Origin: an uncultured Geobacter sp.
GTDB taxonomy: Bacteria > Desulfobacterota > Desulfuromonadia > Geobacterales > Geobacteraceae
Reading direction: 5' to 3'
Assembly (NCBI GenBank): GCA_937886325.1
Contig: CALABV010000051.1
Location: 7,754-71,753, forward strand
DNA: 64,000 nt
The notes beneath the pieces were generated by a model. It was given only the letters and a program-made list of their open reading frames with translations. It was not told where the DNA came from and did not search any database. Positions within the stretch are counted from its first letter, which is position 1. The number at the start of each line of letters is the position of its first letter. Made by a program: the position numbers and the translations under genes. Below, one piece after another: positions 1-9,144 of the stretch.

Positions 1-87
1 TAAAGAATAGTCACCGGCGCCACGGATCGAAGGCGGTCGGGAAATCCCCGGCAAACAGTTCATATTCGCATACAAAAGGAGTAATCT

Positions 88-2112
88 ATGGGTATCTTCA
101 GCTTCCGGAAAACGCGGAACAACGGCGTCGGCGCCGTAGCCATCCAGAGCACCGCGGCGAGTCTGTCGGGCGAACTGCAAAAGATTCGCATCTCCCCCAC
201 CTTTGTCACCGCCTATGTGTCGCCCCATGTGGACATCGACCAGGTCGCGAAGACCATCGCATCCCGCTTCCCCGGGGTTCCCACGATGATCTGCTCCACT
301 GCCGGAGAACTGCACGCCGACGGCGGCCGGCTCTACTGCCCGACGGGCAGCCGCTGGGATCGCGTCGTAGTGCAGTGCTTCGACGCCTCCATCATAGCCG
401 AAGCCGAGATTGTCTCCGTTCCCCTGGGGTGTGAAGACCTGCGCCGGGGAAGCATCGACACGGGACTCAAGGACCGCGTGGACCGCATCGGCAAGGCAAT
501 CGCGGGACTCAAGGTGAACATGAAGATAGATTTCCGCGACACCCTGGCGTACGTCCTGTTCGACGGCCTGTCGGCCTCCGAATCATTCTTCATGGAAGCG
601 CTGTACGATTCCGGCCGTTTCCCCTGCCTGTTCGTGGGCGGCTCTGCCGGCGGGACCTTCGACTTCCGCAATACCTGGCTGCACGACGGCAGACGAAAAC
701 TGGAAAACCACGCCCTGATCGCCTTCATCAAGACAGCGCCGGGAGCGCGTTTCGGAGTGTTGAAGAGCCAGAATTTCGAACCGGCCGGGAGCAGTTTCCA
801 TGTCCTTTCCGCTTCGGTTGAGCAGCGCTATGTGAATCAGGTCATTGACGGTAATGGTCGCATCAGCTCCCTGGTGGATGCGCTGTGCAATGCCCTTGGC
901 TGCTCACCGTCCAACCTGGAGGCGAAACTGGCCGATTACTCGTTCGCCATTACCGTAGGGAAGGAACTCTTCGTCCGGTCCATATCACAGCTCAACATAG
1001 ACGCCGACAGAGTCCATTTCTACTGCGATATCGCCCCCGGAGAGGAACTGCACCTGGTGCGCAGGACCGGGCTGGTCAGCAACACGGAAAAGGATTTCCG
1101 ACGGTTCATGCAGGGGAAACCGGGCAACCCCGTAGCAGGCATTCTCAATGACTGCATCCTTCGTCGACTCTGCAACGAACGCGAGCTTTCCGATATGGGG
1201 AGGGTCATGTCGTGCGGCGCCATGGCCGATTTTTCAACCTTCGGCGAGATCCTCGGCCTGAATCTCAACCAGACGCTGACCGCGGTCTTCTTTTTCCGCG
1301 TACCGGCGGGCGCCCAGTTTCAGGATGAGTATGTGGACAACTTCGTCGCCCACTACGGGGAGTTCAAGGCATTTTTCCTGAGGAGGCAGATTTCGAAACT
1401 GAGCGGTCTGTCGCGGGTCGTCATCCGGCAGATTGACGATTTCAAGGGAAGACAGTATGAGAGCCGCCTGGACGCGTCCGGCCTTGAGCCGGCCATGGCC
1501 AGGCTTTTCGGCGGGTTGAACGATCTCGGGCAGGCACTGTACGAAGCTGACGCCCAGAGGGATACCCTGGCGGGTCAGCTTGAAACATGCGCCAACGATC
1601 TTTACGGCTCGGTCGACGACCTGGCCTCCCACATCGAGCAGCAGGTGCAGGCCATCCACCAGTTGGGCGGAAATTTCGCCTCCCTGACCCAGCAGGCCAA
1701 CACGTCGGCGGCAAGCGCCCATGAACTTGCCGAAGCCAGTCGACAGATCCAGAACGTGGTGGAGATAATCGAGCAGATCGCGGATCAGACCAACCTGCTG
1801 GCCCTCAACGCCGCCATCGAGGCCGCCCGCGCCGGCGAAAGCGGGCGCGGTTTCGCGGTCGTCGCCGACGAGGTGCGCAATCTTGCGGAAAAATCCCGCA
1901 CGAGCGCCATGGAGATCAGCACCAACATCTCCCGCCTGGCCTCCGAGATTGGCACCGTTGCCGGAGAGATTGAATCCCAGTCGGAAAACGTGGCCAGCCT
2001 CTCTTCCCTGCTGAGCGTCATCGAGGAATCGAGCGGCAGGACCGCCGACACGGCCGACCACACCAAGGGAGTTGCGGACACCCTGAAACAAATGACCCGG
2101 TTACATGCCTGA
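88..2112 (+). CDS. Cytoplasmic methyl-accepting chemotaxis protein with FIST-like N-terminal sensor region
   Basis: 674-aa ORF with AAGGAG upstream of the ATG. The C-terminal part carries the invariant MCP signalling hairpin ([37 protein letters not shown]). No hydrophobic TM segment or HAMP is seen. The N-terminal ~400 aa resemble FIST_N/FIST_C by recollection. Confidence 0.85.
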   Translation: MGIFSFRKTRNNGVGAVAIQSTAASLSGELQKIRISPTFVTAYVSPHVDIDQVAKTIASRFPGVPTMICSTAGELHADGGRLYCPTGSRWDRVVVQCFDASIIAEAEIVSVPLGCEDLRRGSIDTGLKDRVDRIGKAIAGLKVNMKIDFRDTLAYVLFDGLSASESFFMEALYDSGRFPCLFVGGSAGGTFDFRNTWLHDGRRKLENHALIAFIKTAPGARFGVLKSQNFEPAGSSFHVLSASVEQRYVNQVIDGNGRISSLVDALCNALGCSPSNLEAKLADYSFAITVGKELFVRSISQLNIDADRVHFYCDIAPGEELHLVRRTGLVSNTEKDFRRFMQGKPGNPVAGILNDCILRRLCNERELSDMGRVMSCGAMADFSTFGEILGLNLNQTLTAVFFFRVPAGAQFQDEYVDNFVAHYGEFKAFFLRRQISKLSGLSRVVIRQIDDFKGRQYESRLDASGLEPAMARLFGGLNDLGQALYEADAQRDTLAGQLETCANDLYGSVDDLASHIEQQVQAIHQLGGNFASLTQQANTSAASAHELAEASRQIQNVVEIIEQIADQTNLLALNAAIEAARAGESGRGFAVVADEVRNLAEKSRTSAMEISTNISRLASEIGTVAGEIESQSENVASLSSLLSVIEESSGRTADTADHTKGVADTLKQMTRLHA

Positions 2113-2375
2113 CGGCCTCTCGCCGTGAGTTTCGATTAATCCTATATTCGGCAGTTGAAGTCATCCTTCGTTCACTCCGAATGCCCTTCTTCTGCTGCTC
2201 TAGGCTCATTTCGCTACAGCCGATGAACTCACCCTGCGGGTTCGGACACCATCGGCTGTTAACGCTCTATTTCGCCAAGAGCAGCAACGAATCAGGTCGA
2301 AGTCGTTCTCTTCGGACGACTCCAACTGCCGTTTTCAGGTTAATTTCGCGAAATGCATTTTTGGTGACGGAATAG

Positions 2376-2405
2376 AAAAAGGGGTTAGCTGTTAAAGCTA
2401 ACCCC
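2376..2405 (-). terminator. Rho-independent terminator after tRNA-Ser
   Basis: Minus-strand hairpin GGGGTTAGCT/AGCTAACCCC (2381-2405) followed by a 5-U run (plus-strand A run 2376-2380), 10 nt beyond the tRNA 3' end. Confidence 0.7.
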
Positions 2406-2415
2406 TTGATTTTAA

Positions 2416-2505
2416 TGGCGGAGAGATAGGGATTCGAACCCTAGGAACGGCAAGCCGTTCAACAGATTTCGAGTCTGCCGCCTTCGACCTCTCGGCCATC
2501 TCTCC
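2416..2505 (-). tRNA. tRNA-Ser (anticodon CGA), class II with long variable arm, CCA encoded
   Basis: Reverse complement reads GGAGAGA-TG-GCCGAGAGGTCGAAGGC..GCAGA-CTCGAAA-TCTGT..TAGGG-TTCGAAT-CCCTA-TCTCTCC-G-CCA. It has a 7-bp acceptor stem, a canonical T loop and a long variable arm. Confidence 0.93.
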
Positions 2506-2679
2506 TCGATGCCCGCGCATTATCCGGGAATCCTTCCGGAATGTCAAGCCGGAGCTGTTCTAAAACAATCCTTCAAGCCCGTATTAAACTGGGATGAAGG
2601 GGATGCACGGGATACCTGCAAAAATCTGAACATAAGATCTATCCCCCTTACTCCCTTGTGTCCCTGTTGCTTCGATTTT

Positions 2680-3525
2680 TCATTTGTCGTAGCGTTCCGC
2701 ACGGTACGAGCTCCGCACGTAGGGGCCGCTCTCCACGTGCCGGAAACCCATGGACAGGGCCTTTTCCCGATGCCGGTCAAAGGCCTCGGGTGTAAGATAT
2801 TCCCGGACCGGGTAATGCCGTTTGCTCGGGGCCAGGTACTGGCCGATGCTCAGGTAACGGCATCCCCTTTCCAGCAGGTCGGCAAATACCCTCTCCACCT
2901 CTCCTGCTTCTTCACCCATCCCGAGCATTATTCCCGACTTTGTCCTCAGAGAGGGGTCCAACTCCCTGGCCGTGCCGAGCAGCGCGAGGGAACGGCGGTA
3001 GTCGGCGCCGGCTCGGATGTGATAGAGGCGGGGCACCGTTTCCAAGTTGTGACCGAGGATGTCCGGATGCGCCGAAACGACGATTTCAAGACTGCCCCTG
3101 TCCCCTCCGAAATCGGGTATCAGGAGTTCGATCGCCGTTTCCGGGGATGCGCCCCGCACGGCCCGCACCGTGTCGGCAAAGAAGGATGCGCCGCCGTCCG
3201 GAAGGTCGTCCCGCGTGGGGCTGGTAATCACGGCATGCTTGAGCCCAAGGAGGCGGATAGCCTCCGCCACCCGACCGGGTTCATCCCGGTCGGGTGGGAG
3301 AGGCTCCCTCTTGGTGACGTTGCAGAAGGAACACATACGGGTACAGGCGGTCCCGAGTATCAGAAAGGTCGCCCGACCGCTCCCGTAGCATTCCGAGATA
3401 TTGGGGCAGTGGGCCTCCCTGCACACGGTATGCAGCCTGAGACCATCCAGGAGAGCATCCATGTCCTGGTGGCCGGCGGGTGAGATCTTCTTCCGGAGCC
3501 ATTCGGGGCGGTGAGACGGACTCAT
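2680..3525 (-). CDS. lipA: Lipoyl synthase
   Basis: Radical-SAM CTRMCSFC motif plus the auxiliary cluster motif CPNISEC. The start is taken at MSPSHRPEWLRKK, whose ATG overlaps the upstream stop as ATGA (3522-3525). The longer ORF-track N-terminus looks spurious. Confidence 0.9.
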   Translation of the reverse strand: MSPSHRPEWLRKKISPAGHQDMDALLDGLRLHTVCREAHCPNISECYGSGRATFLILGTACTRMCSFCNVTKREPLPPDRDEPGRVAEAIRLLGLKHAVITSPTRDDLPDGGASFFADTVRAVRGASPETAIELLIPDFGGDRGSLEIVVSAHPDILGHNLETVPRLYHIRAGADYRRSLALLGTARELDPSLRTKSGIMLGMGEEAGEVERVFADLLERGCRYLSIGQYLAPSKRHYPVREYLTPEAFDRHREKALSMGFRHVESGPYVRSSYRAERYDK

Positions 3526-4334
3526 CCCTCCTCCATTCCGTGGTTCCATGCGTCCGAGAGATACTTGCGTTCCCGCAGACGGTTTGCCTCTTCCCGCTCT
3601 TCCCGGCTGGGGTCGCATGCGCGAAGCGTTATCCCGAGGTTTTTTTCAAAGGAAGCGACAAGAAATCCCTTCAGGCGCTCTTCGTCCGTGTCCGGCGCCA
3701 GGTCGGAAATCGAGCTCGCCCACCGCTCAGGGCCGGGCGGCTCTCCCCGGAGGAAAGGTATCATGCGGGAGAGGCGGTCGCGCAGGGGGATGGAACCGTG
3801 CTGGAAGATGATCCCCCGCGTGCGGCGCTGGGCGTTCCCGCCCAGTTTGCGGCCTCCGACAGTGATGTCGTACTCCTCCCGGCCCGCGAAACAGAGTGAG
3901 GTCCTTTCACCCAGACTCTCGTCTGCCCGGCGTGAATCGACGGCAAAGGCAGGGTCCAGGCCCATCCCGCGGTACGCTAGGATGAGAAAACCGCACAGCT
4001 TTCGGTACGATTCCTTGACGCCCCTGACCCCGTCGATATGCTCCGGGGAACAGATGATACTATAGGTCAGTTCATCCCCGTGAAAGATGCATCCGCCGCC
4101 CGTGACCCGCCTGACAACGGCGATCCCCTCCCGTGCGCATCGCTCCAGCTGGAGCACATCACCGGCCTGCTGGAATTTGCCGAGGGAAAACGCGGGCGGG
4201 GTCCACCCGTAGAGACGCAGCACCGGCTTCGACTTCGCCGGTTCGAAACAGGCGAGAAGGGCCTCATCAAGCGCCATGTTGGTCGGACCGTCCAGGGGGC
4301 CGGTGTCGATAAGGCGCCACTCCTTACTCATCAC
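3522..4334 (-). CDS. Lipoate-protein ligase / octanoyltransferase family protein (LplA/LipM-like catalytic domain)
   Basis: 270-aa ORF. The N-terminus WRLIDTGPLDGPTNMALDEALL...VLRLYGWTPPAFSLGKFQ...VVRRVTGGGCIFHG is typical of the BPL/LPL catalytic domain. Its start overlaps the gcvPB stop (ATGATG/TGA). Confidence 0.8.
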   Translation of the reverse strand: MMSKEWRLIDTGPLDGPTNMALDEALLACFEPAKSKPVLRLYGWTPPAFSLGKFQQAGDVLQLERCAREGIAVVRRVTGGGCIFHGDELTYSIICSPEHIDGVRGVKESYRKLCGFLILAYRGMGLDPAFAVDSRRADESLGERTSLCFAGREEYDITVGGRKLGGNAQRRTRGIIFQHGSIPLRDRLSRMIPFLRGEPPGPERWASSISDLAPDTDEERLKGFLVASFEKNLGITLRACDPSREEREEANRLRERKYLSDAWNHGMEEG

Positions 4335-5791
4335 CCCTCACTCCTCACTTCAGATGGGTAGCAGACCCGGATCTCCCGTGCAGCCCTGGTCTCGTCCAGA
4401 CGGGAAACCGGCGTGGTGCGCGGGGCCTGCAGCAGTTCCCCGGGATTCGTTTCGGCCAGTTCCGCCGCCTCGATCATGGCGTCGATAAAGGCGTCGAGGG
4501 TCTCCCTGCTTTCCGTCTCGGTGGGCTCGATCATAAGCGCTTCCTTGACGATCAACGGGAAGTAGACCGTGGGCGGATGGAATCCCCGGTCGATGAGGAA
4601 CTTGGCGATGTCGATGGCGTGGACGCCTTTTCCGGCCTGGCGGGCCGCGGACAGGACGCATTCGTGCATGCAGGGCTTGTCAAAGGGGATGTCATACCAC
4701 TCCTTGATACGACGCATGACATAGTTGGCGTTCAGCACCGCCATCTCGCTGACCTCGGTGAGGCCTTCCCGTCCGAGCATGGTGATGTAGGCGAGCGCCC
4801 TCACCAGCACCCCGAAGTTTCCGTAGAAGGCGGCAATGCGGCCGATGCTCTCCGGCCCTCCTTCCTCCACGATGAAATCGCCGGTATCCCGTTGCGTCAC
4901 GCGCGGCGAAGGAAGGAAGGGGACAAGATCGGCCTTCACCCCCACCGGCCCGCTCCCCGGACCGCCGCCGCCGTGGGGTGTTCCGAATGTCTTGTGGAGG
5001 TTCACATGGATGGCGTCGAAGCCGATATCGCCGGGCCGCACCTTTCCGAGGATTGCGTTGAGGTTGGCGCCGTCGCAGTACACCAGAGCGCCGTGGTCGT
5101 GGGCGATGGCGCAGATCTCGGCCACGTGGGGATTGAAGAGGCCGAGGGTATTGGGGCATGTCATCATTACCGCGGCCACCTCTTGGTTCATGGCGCCTTT
5201 GAAGGCGGCCAGGTCCATGTCTCCGTATGAGGCGGTCGGAACGGTAATCACCTCGTATCCGGTCATGGCCGCGGTGGCCGGATTCGTGCCGTGGGACGAG
5301 TCGGGCACCACCACGAAACGCTTCCGGTTGCCGTGCGCCCGATGGTAGGCGGCAATCATCATGATGCCGGTCATCTCCCCGTGCGCGCCGGCAAGGGGTG
5401 TGCAGGAGAATTCGTCCATGCCGGTGATCTCGGCCAGAAGCCGTGAAAGCGCATGGATTACCCCGAGGGAGCCCTGAACGAGCTTCCCGCCCGACGGCAG
5501 AAGGGGCAGCATGGGATGGGAATGGGAGAAGAGCCTCGCGGCATCCTCGCAGGCAGCGGGGTTGTATTTCATGGTGCAGGATCCGAGCGGGTAGAAGGTG
5601 GTGTCCACTCCCAGATTGCGGCGGGAGAGATTGGTGAAGTGCCGCACCACGTCCAGTTCGCTCATCTCGGGAAGCCCCGGCGGTTCTTTCCTGAGCAGAG
5701 CGTCCGGCAGGTCCGCGGCCCTCGGCACATCGGAACGGGGAACGTGGGCGCCGCGACGGCCGGCAACGGATTTTTCGAAGATCAGGTCCAT
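4331..5791 (-). CDS. gcvPB: Glycine dehydrogenase (aminomethyl-transferring) subunit 2
   Basis: 486 aa with N-terminus [40 protein letters not shown] characteristic of GcvPB. It sits in a gcv operon context. Confidence 0.92.
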   Translation of the reverse strand: MDLIFEKSVAGRRGAHVPRSDVPRAADLPDALLRKEPPGLPEMSELDVVRHFTNLSRRNLGVDTTFYPLGSCTMKYNPAACEDAARLFSHSHPMLPLLPSGGKLVQGSLGVIHALSRLLAEITGMDEFSCTPLAGAHGEMTGIMMIAAYHRAHGNRKRFVVVPDSSHGTNPATAAMTGYEVITVPTASYGDMDLAAFKGAMNQEVAAVMMTCPNTLGLFNPHVAEICAIAHDHGALVYCDGANLNAILGKVRPGDIGFDAIHVNLHKTFGTPHGGGGPGSGPVGVKADLVPFLPSPRVTQRDTGDFIVEEGGPESIGRIAAFYGNFGVLVRALAYITMLGREGLTEVSEMAVLNANYVMRRIKEWYDIPFDKPCMHECVLSAARQAGKGVHAIDIAKFLIDRGFHPPTVYFPLIVKEALMIEPTETESRETLDAFIDAMIEAAELAETNPGELLQAPRTTPVSRLDETRAAREIRVCYPSEVRSEG

Positions 5792-7128
5792 AACGCCTCC
5801 TCCAACCCCCTCCCCAGCGCATCGATCTCTTCCCTGGTCCGCTTCTCGGTCACGGTTACCGTGAGGCAGCGCTTCATTCCCGGATAGTGGCCGCCAAGGG
5901 GTATGCCGGCGGCAATTCCTTTTACCAGAAGCCTCTCCGCCACATGTTCAGCGTCCTGAGGCAGAGTGAGGGTGAACTCGTTGAAGGTCGGTCCGTCCGT
6001 GAGCAACGATACGCCCCGCACCGTCGCAAGCACCTCCCTGGCATACCCGGCCTTGTCGTAATTGAGCCGCGCCAGGTCGGCAAAACCCTCCTTGCCGACC
6101 ACGGAAAGGAAAATCAGGCCGCGCAGTGCGCACAGGCTCTGGTTGCTGCAGATGTTGGAGGTTGCCCTGTGCCGCCGGATATGCTGCTCCCGGGCCTGGA
6201 GGGTGAGGACGAAGCCGCGTCTCCCTTCCCGGTCCACGGTCTCGCCCACGATCCTTCCCGGCAGGTTGCGGATATGCTCGCTGCGCACGGCGAGGAAACC
6301 GAAGGAGGGGCCTCCGAAGCTGACCGGATTCCCCAGGCTCTGGCCGTCCCCCACGGCCATATCCGCCCCCATTTCACCCGGGCTCTTGAGGATGCCCAGC
6401 GCGATTGGATAGACCGAGACGACAAGGAGCCCGCCACGGCGGTGGATCTCATCCGCCAGGTCGCTCAGGTCATCCACGGCGCCGAAGAAAGAGGGGTTCT
6501 GGGCAATCACCGCGGCAACGCCGTCGTCCAACCGGGTGAGGATCGCAGTCCGGTCACTCATTCCGTTGCTCGGAGATGTCTCCAGGACTTCGACATCGAG
6601 ATTGGCGAGGTAGGTTCGGACAATGCTCCGCGAGAACGGATTCACCGTACCGTCCAGGATAATCCGCCTTCTTCCCGTAATTCGGAGGCTCATGAGAGCA
6701 GCCTCGGCCAGGGCTGTGCCGCCGTCATAGAGCGAGGCGTTGGTCGCATCCATGCCGGTGAGCCGACAGATGGCGGTCTGGTACTCGTAAAGGGCCTGGA
6801 GGGTCCCCTGGGAACATTCGGGCTGGTAGGGGGTATAGGAGGTGGCGAATTCCGCCCTGGCCGCAAGGCGGTCGACCACGGACGGAATGACATGGTCGTA
6901 CCAGCCTCCGCCGATGAACGGGATGATGTCATGACGGTCCCCGGCCGCCAGTTCCCCAATCCTGCGCAGCATCTCGAACTCGGACATGCCCGGAGGAAGG
7001 TCGAACGACCGGGCGCGCAGTTCAGGGGGTATGCAGTCGAACAGTTCCGCGATCTCGGCGACTCCGATGACACCGAGCATCTCGCGGATCTGTTCCGGGG
7101 TATGGGGGCAATAGCCGGAACCGCTCAC
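5782..7128 (-). CDS. gcvPA: Glycine dehydrogenase (aminomethyl-transferring) subunit 1
   Basis: Conserved N-terminus starts at (V)[17 protein letters not shown]. The GTG at 7128 overlaps the gcvH stop as GTGA. The 448-aa length fits GcvPA. The upstream 30 codons of the track ORF are judged spurious. Confidence 0.88.
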   Translation of the reverse strand: MSGSGYCPHTPEQIREMLGVIGVAEIAELFDCIPPELRARSFDLPPGMSEFEMLRRIGELAAGDRHDIIPFIGGGWYDHVIPSVVDRLAARAEFATSYTPYQPECSQGTLQALYEYQTAICRLTGMDATNASLYDGGTALAEAALMSLRITGRRRIILDGTVNPFSRSIVRTYLANLDVEVLETSPSNGMSDRTAILTRLDDGVAAVIAQNPSFFGAVDDLSDLADEIHRRGGLLVVSVYPIALGILKSPGEMGADMAVGDGQSLGNPVSFGGPSFGFLAVRSEHIRNLPGRIVGETVDREGRRGFVLTLQAREQHIRRHRATSNICSNQSLCALRGLIFLSVVGKEGFADLARLNYDKAGYAREVLATVRGVSLLTDGPTFNEFTLTLPQDAEHVAERLLVKGIAAGIPLGGHYPGMKRCLTVTVTEKRTREEIDALGRGLEEALWT

Positions 7129-7502
7129 GGGAGCACCCGCACGTAGTCGTCGTATTCCCCGCGCGTGAGAAGGGACTTCAGTCCCTCGGGTTCCGTAATC
7201 TCCATGCGGACCAGCCACCCTTCCTCATCAGGGCTCCGGTTGACAATCTCCGGCGCGGAATCAAGCGCCGCGTTGACCTCCATCACCGTGCCGGAGAGGG
7301 GGGCGTAGATATCGCTCGCAGCCTTTACCGACTCGATGGTACAGAGGATCTCCCCCTGGCGCACCTCCCTGCCGACCTTGGGGAGTTCGACAAAGGTGAT
7401 ATCCCCCAACTGCTCTGCGGCGTATCCGGTAATCCCGACGAATCCGCTCGTGCCGTTGATGCGAATCCACTCATGTTCCCTGGTGTAATAGGTATCCATC
7501 AT
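7125..7502 (-). CDS. gcvH: Glycine cleavage system H protein
   Basis: [48 protein letters not shown] (lipoyl-lysine motif). AGGAGGG lies directly upstream. The start could equally be 7499. The track ORF extension runs into a repeat element. Confidence 0.9.
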   Translation of the reverse strand: MMDTYYTREHEWIRINGTSGFVGITGYAAEQLGDITFVELPKVGREVRQGEILCTIESVKAASDIYAPLSGTVMEVNAALDSAPEIVNRSPDEEGWLVRMEITEPEGLKSLLTRGEYDDYVRVLP

Positions 7503-7517
7503 CCCTCCTGAATATCT

Positions 7518-7694
7518 CCTGAATCCGTGATGTCTGAATGCCGAGGCGAGCGGAATGCCGGGGTTTGAACGTCGCCGCTGCTGTGTCACGCCGGGTACGC
7601 TGGGTGAACGTCGTCGGGCCGATTCACCCCACGCCAATGCAGGAAACCGAGGCGTTCCGCGAAGGCGAAGGCGTGAAGGCGTCACGGACTCAGG
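7518..7694 (+). repeat. MITE-like repeat, full-length copy 1 (177 nt), in the gcvT-gcvH spacer
   Basis: Terminal inverted repeats CCTGAATCCGTGATG...CGTCACGGACTCAGG (14/15 pairable). Near-identical blocks (GAATGCCGGGGTTTGAACGTCGCCG, CGCGAAGGCGAAGGCGTGAAGGC) recur at 53912-54077 and, inverted, at 8874-8944. Confidence 0.75.
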
Positions 7695-7731
7695 TATGTA
7701 TGACGGCCGGCTAAACGCACACCGCCGGCCG

Positions 7732-8823
7732 CTATCTTCTCAGCGTTCCATCACGGTAAAACGGCAGCTCCACCACGGTCGCTTCAAGCGAAATCTCTTC
7801 GTGCCGAATCTCCAGGTGTGTACCGGTTTGCGAGCAATCCGGGCTCACATACCCCAATCCGATGCCGCAGCCGAGCATGGGAGAAAAGGCGCCGCTCGTC
7901 ACGGTTCCAACCGTTTCTCCCCGACACAGGATTTGATAGCCGTGACGGGGAGAGCGACGGGAAGAGACCCGGAACGCCGTCCGTACTCTCGACATGCCTT
8001 CCGTCTGTTGGCGGATAAGAGCATCCTTCCCCCTGAAATCCTTGGTGAGATCAACGAAACGATCCAGCCCTGCCTCAAGGGGGGTGGTGGTCTCATCCAG
8101 ATCGTTGCCGTAGAGGCTGTACCCCATCTCCAGGCGGAGGAGGTCCCTCGCCCCGAGCCCGGCGGGCGCGATGCGGCCGTCCTTCAGCAGGAGCCGCCAG
8201 AGATCGACGACCCGGTCATCTCCCAGGTAGATCTCGTACCCGAGTTCGCCGGTATAGCCGGTGCGGCTGACAATCGCCTCGGCTCCGAGAATGGTCATGC
8301 GCCTGAATCCGAAGAAGGGGATATCTTTCACCTCGTCGCCCGCCAACTCAGCGAGAACATCCCGGGAATGCGGTCCCTGGAGGTCCAGCTTGCCTGCATG
8401 CCCGGTGAGGTCTTCAAAGAGCGGGTTTCCGCCCAGCCCTGCCTGTATTGCGGCGAAGTCCTTTTTTTCGGGTCCGGCGTTGACCACCATCATCAGACGG
8501 TCGGCTGCCAGGCGGTAGACGGTCAGGTCGTCGAGGATCCCCCCCTGTTCGTTCAGGAGGAATCCGTACCGGCAACGGCCCACCGCTATCGTCTCGAGCC
8601 GGAAGGAAAAGAGCCGCTCGATGCCGGATGCTGCGATATCCCCGGCAAAAAGAAACCGGCCCATATGGCAGGTATCGAACAGGGCGGCAGACTCCCTGCA
8701 CCGGCGGTGCTCCGCCAGAATCCCGTCATACTGAATCGGCATGATCCATCCGCCGAAGGGCGCCATCCGTGCGCCGAGTCTTTCATGCTCGTGAAGAAGA
8801 GAGGTGGTTTTCAGGGTTTCCAT
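7732..8823 (-). CDS. gcvT: Glycine cleavage system aminomethyltransferase T
   Basis: METLKTTSLLHEHERLGARMAPFGGWIMPIQYDGILAEHRRCRESAALFDTCHMG is a typical GcvT N-terminus; 363 aa. There is no clear SD, so a GTG at 8874 is an alternative start. Confidence 0.9.
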   Translation of the reverse strand: METLKTTSLLHEHERLGARMAPFGGWIMPIQYDGILAEHRRCRESAALFDTCHMGRFLFAGDIAASGIERLFSFRLETIAVGRCRYGFLLNEQGGILDDLTVYRLAADRLMMVVNAGPEKKDFAAIQAGLGGNPLFEDLTGHAGKLDLQGPHSRDVLAELAGDEVKDIPFFGFRRMTILGAEAIVSRTGYTGELGYEIYLGDDRVVDLWRLLLKDGRIAPAGLGARDLLRLEMGYSLYGNDLDETTTPLEAGLDRFVDLTKDFRGKDALIRQQTEGMSRVRTAFRVSSRRSPRHGYQILCRGETVGTVTSGAFSPMLGCGIGLGYVSPDCSQTGTHLEIRHEEISLEATVVELPFYRDGTLRR

Positions 8824-8873
8824 GGGAGAGTCACCAGTCCGGTTCCGTAGGGATGTGTGCGCGCCGGGTACCA

Positions 8874-8944
8874 CCCGAATCCGTCATGCCTTCACGCCTT
8901 CGCCTTCGCGGAACGCCGCGGCATTCAGACATCACGAATTCAGG
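8874..8944 (-). repeat. MITE-like repeat, internally deleted copy 2 (71 nt), inverted relative to copy 1
   Basis: Sequence equals the reverse complement of both ends of copy 1 (..GCCTTCACGCCTTCGCCTTCGCGGAACGCC / GCGGCATTCAGACATCACGAATTCAGG) with the central ~105 nt missing. The deletion endpoints coincide with a CGCCTCGG direct repeat in copy 1. Confidence 0.7.
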
Positions 8945-9045
8945 TATCAGTATACCAGCATCCGGGAAAATGTCCGGAAGAGGCGGCGTCGACACATGCC
9001 GTCGTATTGAATCACGAATCCCCTGGAGCAGTGCCGACCGTGGGC

Positions 9046-9088
9046 AAAAAAGACAGGGAGGCCATCTTTGTCCGACGGCCTCCCTGTC
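9046..9088 (-). terminator. Rho-independent terminator of the htrA-like gene
   Basis: Perfect 12-bp stem GACAGGGAGGCC/GGCCTCCCTGTC with a 13-nt loop, followed on the minus strand by six U. It lies 57 nt after the stop codon. Confidence 0.85.
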
Positions 9089-9144
9089 TTCCTGTCCCAT
9101 CCATCATCTGTCGTCCAGCGGTTTCCGCCGGGAAAAAGACACCT

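Noticed and set aside
1-87. Looked for a sigma-28 (TAAA-N15-GCCGATAA) or sigma-54 promoter upstream of the chemoreceptor gene.
   Set aside because: TAAAGAAT is present at the very start of the window, but the -10 region matches GCCGATAA at only about 4/8 positions. There is no GG-N10-GC match.
2216-2330. Perfect 10-bp inverted repeat ACAGCCGATG...CATCGGCTGT (2216-2259) and an 8-bp hairpin (2301-2321) between the MCP stop and tRNA-Ser: a possible sRNA or terminator.
   Set aside because: Neither is followed by a proper U-run, no promoter is evident, and there is no conservation information. The evidence is insufficient to call a feature.
7129-7685. N-terminal extensions of gcvPA (to 7218) and gcvH (to 7685) given in the ORF track.
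   Set aside because: The conserved protein N-termini start later and coincide with GTGA/SD signals. The gcvH extension is translated repeat sequence.
5887-8850. Long plus-strand ORFs 5887-7146 (419 aa) and 7555-8850 (431 aa) opposite gcvPA and gcvT.
   Set aside because: They are antisense to strongly recognisable genes and have Arg/Gly/Pro-rich composition without motifs. This is a typical high-GC artefact.
8824-9044. Expected a glycine riboswitch in the leader of gcvT (minus strand).
   Set aside because: I read the reverse complement and found no GGAGAG...CACCGAAGGGGCAA-type aptamer core. The region is instead occupied by the short MITE copy and the htrA terminator. A covariance-model scan would be needed for certainty.
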